The translations under genes and the position numbers were made by a program. A DNA stretch of 32,000 bases from an uncultured bacterium (GTDB lineage Bacteria; Margulisbacteria; WOR-1; CAVSGV01): the NCBI GenBank assembly GCA_963699255.1, contig OY969425.1, positions 360,001 to 392,000 on the forward strand, read 5' to 3'. A model generated the notes under the pieces. It made no database searches and was not told the origin of the DNA. It worked only from the letters and a program-made list of their open reading frames with translations. Below are positions 26,448 through 32,000 of this stretch, one piece after another (position 1 is the first letter of the stretch; each line of letters begins with the position of its first letter).

Positions 26448-26467
26448 AGAAAACGTGTGTTATTATA
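26438..26467. promoter_or_regulatory. Divergent promoter pair with overlapping -10 elements (rpsT plus strand, accD minus strand)
   Basis: Plus: TTGATT (26438-26443)-N17-TATTAT (26461-26466). Minus: TTTTCA-N17-TATAAT (26467-26462). Confidence 0.6.
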
Positions 26468-26501
26468 CAGCACAAATGTGAGATTGAAAAGGAGAGTTTC
26501 G

Positions 26502-26768
26502 ATGGCTAATATAAAAGCTGCTATTAAATATATAAGGAAATCCAGAAAGAACAGGGCAAGGAACCTTGCGGTAAAAGGCAAGATCAAAAAGCTGTTAAAA
26601 GAGGCTTTGAAACTGATATCGTTGAAGGACAAGGGCGCCGCGGAAGCCGTTAAAGCTGTTATTAGCGCTATCGATAAGGCCGCGGAGAACGGGATACTTC
26701 ACAAGAATACAGCCGCCAGAAAAAAATCAAGGCTGATGAAGAAATTAAATGCCATCTCAAAAAAATAA
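26502..26768 (+). CDS. rpsT: 30S ribosomal protein S20
   Basis: MANIKAAIKYIRKSRKNRARN..., HKNTAARKKSRLMKKLN. Start refined from the track's 26457 to 26502 with GGAG SD. Confidence 0.95.
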   Translation: MANIKAAIKYIRKSRKNRARNLAVKGKIKKLLKEALKLISLKDKGAAEAVKAVISAIDKAAENGILHKNTAARKKSRLMKKLNAISKK

Positions 26769-27561
26769 CTCGATAAAGTTAAGGGCATATGCCAAACTAA
26801 ATCTTTCGCTCAGCATCATCGGAAAACGTCCGGATGGCTACCATGACATTGACTCGATGATGCAGTCCGTATCCCTGCATGATGAGGTTGATCTGAAAGC
26901 AATTGAATCCGGAATAAAGGTCAAATGCTCAATTCCCGACATCGAAGATAATACGGCGCAAAAAGCAGCGGAACTCTTGCTTGCTGAAGCAAAGATAAAA
27001 TCAGGCGTCAGCATACAGATCAAGAAGAACATCCCTGTGTCGGCGGGTTTGGGCGGGGGGTCGGCGGATGCCGCTGCTACTTTGATAGGTCTAAACAAAT
27101 TGTTCGATCTGAACTTGCACAGGGAAAAACTGTTGGAGCTCGCCGCAAAAATAGGCTCGGATGTGCCGTTTTGCCTTGTCGGCGGGACCGCTCGATGCAC
27201 CGGCAGGGGAGATATAGTGGCAAAAGAGAACCCTCAAACGGGAGCCGTGTTCATGCTGGTCATACCGAATATAGAGGTCCCGACCAAGATTGTTTATGAT
27301 AAATTCGATGAGGTGGGAAGAGGTCCTTCGGAGAATGAACTTGAGAAAGCTGCCGTAGCGCTGTTCCCTGAGATAAGCGAGATGAGGGAAATACTGGTCT
27401 GCGAAACGAAACAAGACTGGAAAATGTCGGGTTCCGGCCCCACTCTTTACATTGAATTAAGGGACCTTTCTGACGCGGAAAAATATTCGGAAACCGTGAG
27501 CAAGATAAACGCGGTCCACCATGTCGTAAAGCGCATGGATTCAGGCGTAGAAACCTTCTAA
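26749..27561 (+). CDS. ispE: 4-(cytidine-5'-diphospho)-2-C-methyl-D-erythritol kinase
   Basis: AYAKLNLSLSIIGKRPDGYHDIDSMMQSV, IPVSAGLGGGSADAAATL, GSDVPFCLVGGTA, MSGSGPTLY. The start could be slightly downstream. Confidence 0.94.
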   Translation: MPSQKNNSIKLRAYAKLNLSLSIIGKRPDGYHDIDSMMQSVSLHDEVDLKAIESGIKVKCSIPDIEDNTAQKAAELLLAEAKIKSGVSIQIKKNIPVSAGLGGGSADAAATLIGLNKLFDLNLHREKLLELAAKIGSDVPFCLVGGTARCTGRGDIVAKENPQTGAVFMLVIPNIEVPTKIVYDKFDEVGRGPSENELEKAAVALFPEISEMREILVCETKQDWKMSGSGPTLYIELRDLSDAEKYSETVSKINAVHHVVKRMDSGVETF

Positions 27562-27574
27562 GGATATTTTCCTC

Positions 27575-27603
27575 TTGACAGACTTTTGTCTCAAGTATAG
27601 TAT
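27575..27603 (+). promoter_or_regulatory. Promoter of the efflux operon
   Basis: TTGACA (27575-27580)-N17-TAGTAT (27598-27603). Confidence 0.55.
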
Positions 27604-27609
27604 GTACTG

Positions 27610-27638
27610 CATATCATACATATCATATCTATATGATT
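27610..27638 (+). promoter_or_regulatory. Candidate operator: tandem CATATCATA repeats plus inverted partial copy
   Basis: CATATCATA CATATCATA T CTATATGATT directly downstream of the -10; SD GGGAGG follows at about 27646. Confidence 0.5.
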
Positions 27639-27659
27639 ATTTAAAGGGAGGTTGAGCGA

Positions 27660-28997
27660 GTGAAAAAGATCTTATTGTTTATGGTTCTGTTGCTTTCATC
27701 GTCATTTGTTTTTGCGGATGAATTAACGTTAAAGAACAGCATTGATATGGCCATGGAAAAAAGTCCGGCGATAATATATGCGAGGCAGGGTGTGGTCGCG
27801 GCGGACGGGAAACTCGGGCAGGCCTTCGGGGCAATCCTCCCAAATCTGTCATTATCCGGGAAATATGGTTCCAGCTACACAAAACCGTACGATATCAATG
27901 ATATGATAACGTTCGGCACTACGGAAACGCCGGTTTCCATCACCCAGGGGGCCGATGAAACGGCGTTAGTGTACGGATATAACCTGACTTTGTCGCAGCC
28001 TATTTATGCGGGGGCGCTTTTCCCCGCGCTGGATATAGCTCAGAACGGGTATAATATCGCGAAGGAAAACCTGAGAAAATCGGAATTTGACCTTAAATAT
28101 AACGTTGTCAATTCTTATTACGGGGTTCTCAGGGCGACCAAACTTTATGACCTCTCTAATGAGTCCCTTGATATGGCCAGATCGCACAGGGACCAGGTGA
28201 AAGCCATGTATCTTGCGGGGACCGCCACAAAAGCTGATGTGCTGCGCTCGGAAGTGGAGGTGGCGAACATGGAGGTGTCTCTTACAAAAGCCAGTAACGG
28301 ACTGGCGCTTGCTAAAGACGCTTTTAATAATGTTCTTGGTAGAGACCTGGATGAATCGGTGGCGTTGAGCGAAAAAGAGATCGTGCAGGAAATCGTTCAG
28401 CCTAAAACATATAAGGAATGTGTGGCGACCGCTTTTGACAGCAGAGCCGACTGGCTGATCTTTCAGCTGAATAAAAAGATTAACGAGAAGAGCGTGGATA
28501 TCGCGGTGAGCGGGTATTTTCCGGTTTTATCGCTTATCGGTTCGATCGGCGAGAATAAGATGGAGTATACCAAGAACGATCTGCTGAACACCGATATCAA
28601 TTCATGGACCGTTGCCGCAAATGCTTCCTGGACGCTTTTTGACGGGCTTGCTACTCAGTCAAGAATCAAGGAAGCCAACGCGAATCTTGAGGCCATAAGG
28701 GCCAATGAAGATTCTGTAAAGAACGGCATTATTTTGGAAGTGAAAGACACCTGTCTCAATCTTACCAGCGCCATAGAGGTCATTAAGAGCGCCGGCAAGG
28801 CTGTTGAATCGGCGGATGAAAATTACCGCATTTCAAAGGAAAAGTACAGGAGCGGTATCGGCTCGAACCTTGAGATGATAGACGCCCAGACCGCTCTTAA
28901 AGAAGCGAAAACTGACTTTTATCAGGCGCAATTTGATTATCAAATAGCAAAGGCAAAGTTGAACCAGGCCATAGGGGAAGAAGTTTACGTATTTTAA
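27660..28997 (+). CDS. TolC family outer membrane efflux protein
   Basis: Signal peptide; LTLKNSIDMAMEKSPAIIYARQ, SLSQPIYAGA-like region, duplicated coiled-coil/strand architecture; GTG start. Confidence 0.92.
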   Translation: MKKILLFMVLLLSSSFVFADELTLKNSIDMAMEKSPAIIYARQGVVAADGKLGQAFGAILPNLSLSGKYGSSYTKPYDINDMITFGTTETPVSITQGADETALVYGYNLTLSQPIYAGALFPALDIAQNGYNIAKENLRKSEFDLKYNVVNSYYGVLRATKLYDLSNESLDMARSHRDQVKAMYLAGTATKADVLRSEVEVANMEVSLTKASNGLALAKDAFNNVLGRDLDESVALSEKEIVQEIVQPKTYKECVATAFDSRADWLIFQLNKKINEKSVDIAVSGYFPVLSLIGSIGENKMEYTKNDLLNTDINSWTVAANASWTLFDGLATQSRIKEANANLEAIRANEDSVKNGIILEVKDTCLNLTSAIEVIKSAGKAVESADENYRISKEKYRSGIGSNLEMIDAQTALKEAKTDFYQAQFDYQIAKAKLNQAIGEEVYVF

Positions 28998-29006
28998 TAA
29001 GGAGGA

Positions 29007-29258
29007 ATGAAAATGGAAAAGGGTGTAAAGGATTTTGAACATCGTTTCTACGATGTGGCGACGGTGGGAGAGCGAGGACAGGTAGTTATTCCTTCGAATG
29101 CGAGAAAAGCACTCGGTATTAAAGCCGGGGACAAACTGATCGCTCTGGAAGGGCCTATGGGAAGTTCCATTGTTTTTTTTAAGATGAGATCGATGAATAC
29201 GTTCATGCAAAAGGTCATGAGAACGCTTGGCGGGACGAAAGTTCCCGGCAGCAAATAG
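29007..29258 (+). CDS. AbrB/MazE/SpoVT-type DNA-binding protein
   Basis: ATVGERGQVVIPSNARKALGIKAGDKLIAL swapped-hairpin motif; likely start is the second ATG at 29013 given SD spacing. Confidence 0.88.
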   Translation: MKMEKGVKDFEHRFYDVATVGERGQVVIPSNARKALGIKAGDKLIALEGPMGSSIVFFKMRSMNTFMQKVMRTLGGTKVPGSK

Positions 29259-29272
29259 AGAAGGAGGAACAT

Positions 29273-30148
29273 ATGGGAATAACTGATGCGCTTAATAAGC
29301 TTAGGGGCATGAAAAGGAAAGATATCATAAATATGGCGATCATTATCGTTATTATAGTAGCCGCTGTTTATTTTGCTGCTCAGTACGCGATAAATTATTT
29401 TAACAGGGATAAAATATTTGCTTCCGGCACGATAGAGGCTGTTGAGACAGACGTTGCCACCAAAGTGTCTGGAAGGGTCATTAGTTTTCTCGCTGATGAA
29501 GGCGACAATGTGCAGAAAGGCTCTGTTATAGCTTCACTTGAAACCTCCGAACTTTATGCGGGCTTTAAGCAAACAGTGGCGGTAGAACAATCCGCGCAGA
29601 TCAGATACGACAACGCCAAAAGAAATTACACAAGGGCCAAAGCATTGAGAAGAAAGAACATGATAAGCGCCCAGGATTTCGATGCCGTGACGAGCAATTA
29701 TGAGGCTGCGGAGGCTGAGCTAAGCAGGTCATCTGCTTCCAGGGCGGTCGCGGAGATATCTTATAATGAAGCCAATATCAGAGCGCCTATTTCCGGGACC
29801 ATTCTCTCAAGGGCTGTAGAAATAGGAGATCTGCTTTCGCCTTACTCAACGGTGGTGACCATGGCCGATCTATCCATGCTTGAGATTATGCTTTATGTTT
29901 CCGAGGGAAAATATGGAAGGATAGCAATCGGAGACAGTGTGGACGTGATGGTAGATTCTTTCCCGCGCGATAAGTTCAGCGGAAAGGTCGTATATATCTC
30001 GAATACGGCGGAGTTCACCCCGAAGAACATCCAGACGAAAGAGGAAAGGGTGACCCAGGTTTTCGGGATAAAGATCGATATCCCGAATCCGGAAAACAAA
30101 TTAAAGCCGGGTATGCCTGCTGACGCGGTCATTTATTTAAGCAAGTAA
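29273..30148 (+). CDS. HlyD/YbhG-type periplasmic adaptor protein
   Basis: Single N-terminal TM, GTIEAVETDVATKVSGRVISFLADEGDNVQKGSVIASLE, coiled coil, NIRAPISGTILSRAVEIGDLLSP. Confidence 0.92.
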   Translation: MGITDALNKLRGMKRKDIINMAIIIVIIVAAVYFAAQYAINYFNRDKIFASGTIEAVETDVATKVSGRVISFLADEGDNVQKGSVIASLETSELYAGFKQTVAVEQSAQIRYDNAKRNYTRAKALRRKNMISAQDFDAVTSNYEAAEAELSRSSASRAVAEISYNEANIRAPISGTILSRAVEIGDLLSPYSTVVTMADLSMLEIMLYVSEGKYGRIAIGDSVDVMVDSFPRDKFSGKVVYISNTAEFTPKNIQTKEERVTQVFGIKIDIPNPENKLKPGMPADAVIYLSK

Positions 30149-30152
30149 CCCT

Positions 30153-30896
30153 GTGGATAATGCAGTTATCACCGTCAATAAGCTGACGAAAAAATTCAAA
30201 GAGCACACCGCTGTATCCTCCCTTGATCTCACCATAAATAAAGGAGAGATTTTCGGTCTTCTTGGCCCTGACGGGGCTGGAAAATCAACCATCATGAGGA
30301 TGCTCTCCACCGTAATGCTGCCTACAAGCGGAGAGGCGACCGTCCTGGGAATGGATATCAAGAAGGATGAGGATAAGATAAGGCGGCGCATAGGTTACAT
30401 GCCTCAGAAATTCAACCTCTACGGCGACCTGACGGTGGATGAGAACATAGAATTCTTTGCTGACATTTATGATGTGAAAAGGGAAGACCTGGATGCTGTA
30501 AGGGAGAAAACCCTCGAATTCACTAAGCTGGCGCCTTACAGGAACAGATATGCTCGCCAGCTGTCCGGAGGAATGCAGAAAAAGCTCGCTCTCGCGACAG
30601 TTATCCTTCACGCTCCGGAGATACTTTTTCTTGACGAGCCCACACTGGGGGTAGATCCACTTTCCCGGCGGGAGTTCTGGAGGCTTTTGTACGGCTTAAA
30701 TGACGTGACTATCTTTGTAACCACCCCGTATATGGATGAGGCGGAGCGATGCAACAGGATAGGGTTGATCCGCGAAGGCGTTCTGCTTACCTGCGATACT
30801 CCGGCTCAGATCAAACTACGGACCAATGAGCCGACGCTTGAGAAAGCTTTTATAAATCTGATCATGTGCGCCAGAACGCCAGGATGTGAAGTGTAG
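30153..30896 (+). CDS. ABC transporter ATP-binding protein (YbhF N-terminal half-like)
   Basis: FGLLGPDGAGKSTIMRM, RQLSGGMQKKLALATVILHAPEILFLDEPTLGVDP; Pro at the H-loop position (TTPYMDEAE). Confidence 0.93.
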   Translation: MDNAVITVNKLTKKFKEHTAVSSLDLTINKGEIFGLLGPDGAGKSTIMRMLSTVMLPTSGEATVLGMDIKKDEDKIRRRIGYMPQKFNLYGDLTVDENIEFFADIYDVKREDLDAVREKTLEFTKLAPYRNRYARQLSGGMQKKLALATVILHAPEILFLDEPTLGVDPLSRREFWRLLYGLNDVTIFVTTPYMDEAERCNRIGLIREGVLLTCDTPAQIKLRTNEPTLEKAFINLIMCARTPGCEV

Positions 30897-31848
30897 TATG
30901 TCAGAAGTATCAATTGCAGTAAAAGATCTAACAAAGAAATTCGGCGATTTTGTTGCCGTCAATAACATTAACTTTGAAATAAGGAAAGGTGAGATCTTCG
31001 GGTTTTTGGGGCCGAACGGGGCGGGTAAGACCACTACGATCAGGATGCTTTGCGGATTGATCGACCCCACTTCAGGTGACGCGACTGTTGGCGGGTTCAG
31101 GATATCGGATCAGCAGGAAGACATTAAAAAGATCATCGGATATATGTCGCAAAAGTTCTCTCTTTATGATGACCTGACCGTAGCTGAGAATATCGATTTT
31201 TTTGCCGGTATATATCAGACGCCTAAGTATAACAGGGAACATAAGAAACAGGAGATAATCAAGATCTCGGAACTGTTCGGCAAGGAGAATGTCCTGGCGG
31301 GGGAACTCGCCTCAGCTTTAAAACAACATCTGGCTCTCGGGTGCGCTTTGATCAATGATCCCCGCGTCATTTTCCTTGACGAACCTACCGCTGGTGTGGA
31401 TCCGCTGGCCAGAAAGAAATTCTGGAACATCATAAAGATGCTGGCTAAAGCCGGCGTAACAGTATTGGTCACCACTCATTACATGGATGAGGCCGAAAAC
31501 TGCGATCGTATAGCGTTCATAAGCGATGGCGTTGTTATCGCGTGCGATTCCCCGGAGAACCTTAAGACCAATGAAATGAAGGGTTTCCTTTATGAGATAG
31601 AATGCGACAAGGTCATGAAGGCGCTTGAATTGTTGAGGAAACTATCCTTTATAAGGGAGATCGCGTTATATGGCATTTATCTTCACGCGGTCGTAGAAGA
31701 CGAAAAATATGCGGAAGATATAAAAAGCGCCTTAAAGTCTAACTTTATTGAGATCAAAAGGATGGAGAAAACCATTCCGTCGCTTGAGGATGTTTTTGTG
31801 TCGCTTGTCGAAGCTCAGATCCGTCAAAAGAGCGCGGGAAATAAATGA
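30886..31848 (+). CDS. ABC transporter ATP-binding protein (YbhF C-terminal half-like)
   Basis: FGFLGPNGAGKTTTIRMLCGL, degenerate signature ELASALKQHLALG, VIFLDEPTAGVDP, TTHYMDEAE. ATG at 30898 is the likelier start. Confidence 0.93.
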   Translation: MKCSMSEVSIAVKDLTKKFGDFVAVNNINFEIRKGEIFGFLGPNGAGKTTTIRMLCGLIDPTSGDATVGGFRISDQQEDIKKIIGYMSQKFSLYDDLTVAENIDFFAGIYQTPKYNREHKKQEIIKISELFGKENVLAGELASALKQHLALGCALINDPRVIFLDEPTAGVDPLARKKFWNIIKMLAKAGVTVLVTTHYMDEAENCDRIAFISDGVVIACDSPENLKTNEMKGFLYEIECDKVMKALELLRKLSFIREIALYGIYLHAVVEDEKYAEDIKSALKSNFIEIKRMEKTIPSLEDVFVSLVEAQIRQKSAGNK

Positions 31849-32000
31849 TCAAGCATATTTATGCGATAATGCGCAAAGAATTCTTACATCTTATAAGGGA
31901 TCCCAGAAGCCTTGTAATATCCATCTTTTTACCTGTCATTCTTTTGTTCATTTACGGATATTCCGTCTCCTTTGACGTGAAGAACCTGCAAATGGCTGTA
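31845..32000 (+). CDS. ABC-2 type permease, N-terminal fragment (truncated by window edge; YbhS/YbhR-like)
   Basis: ATG at 31845 reads MIKHIYAIMRKEFLHLIRDPRSLVISIFLPVILLFIYGYSVSFDVKNLQMAV, typical of ABC-2 permeases; ATGA overlap. Confidence 0.85.
   Translation, partial: MIKHIYAIMRKEFLHLIRDPRSLVISIFLPVILLFIYGYSVSFDVKNLQMAV

Noticed and set aside
29007-29258. AbrB/MazE-like gene as the antitoxin of a toxin-antitoxin module
   Set aside because: No small toxin ORF is adjacent; both neighbours are tolC and hlyD-type efflux genes.
1-32000. CRISPR array, prophage, integron or defence island
   Set aside because: No regularly spaced direct repeats, Cas genes, integrase, transposase or phage structural genes were seen; most genes are core metabolism.

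Overview
The window is a compact bacterial chromosomal segment made mostly of housekeeping genes. Many junctions are ATGA or TGATG overlaps. Organisation and gene style suggest an uncultivated gram-negative-type lineage (outer membrane beta-barrel protein, TolC and HlyD present), but taxonomy cannot be proven here. Plus strand order: outer-membrane beta-barrel protein, coaE, uvrB, dapA, queH, TIM-barrel protein, metallophosphoesterase, DUF362 protein, a repeat-containing orphan protein, dnaE, hisI, ogt-like gene, polysaccharide deacetylase, hisF, ispA-like prenyltransferase, DUF212/divergent PAP2 protein, dxs. Minus strand block: histidine kinase fusion, YbgC-like thioesterase, nadB. Next come a plus-strand DrrAB-like ABC exporter, two tRNA-Leu genes and accD-accA on the minus strand, then rpsT-ispE, and a TolC/AbrB/HlyD/ABC/ABC/permease efflux operon that runs off the window end. 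No CRISPR array, rRNA gene or transposase was recognised. The strongest candidate for something undescribed is the 716-aa ORF at 20444..22594 (-). Its N-terminal ~440 aa look like a GlgE/GH13-type glycoside hydrolase with most catalytic motifs lost, and it is fused to a soluble histidine kinase core. This suggests a cytoplasmic glycan or maltosaccharide-sensing kinase. Other points: an apparently asymmetric split YbhF-type ABC pair, an overlapping divergent -10 element between accD and rpsT, a recurring leaderless TATAAT-N6-ATG arrangement, a dispersed-repeat-like sequence used as a signal peptide, a paired-hairpin MITE-like element, and an orphan protein with 32-aa repeats.
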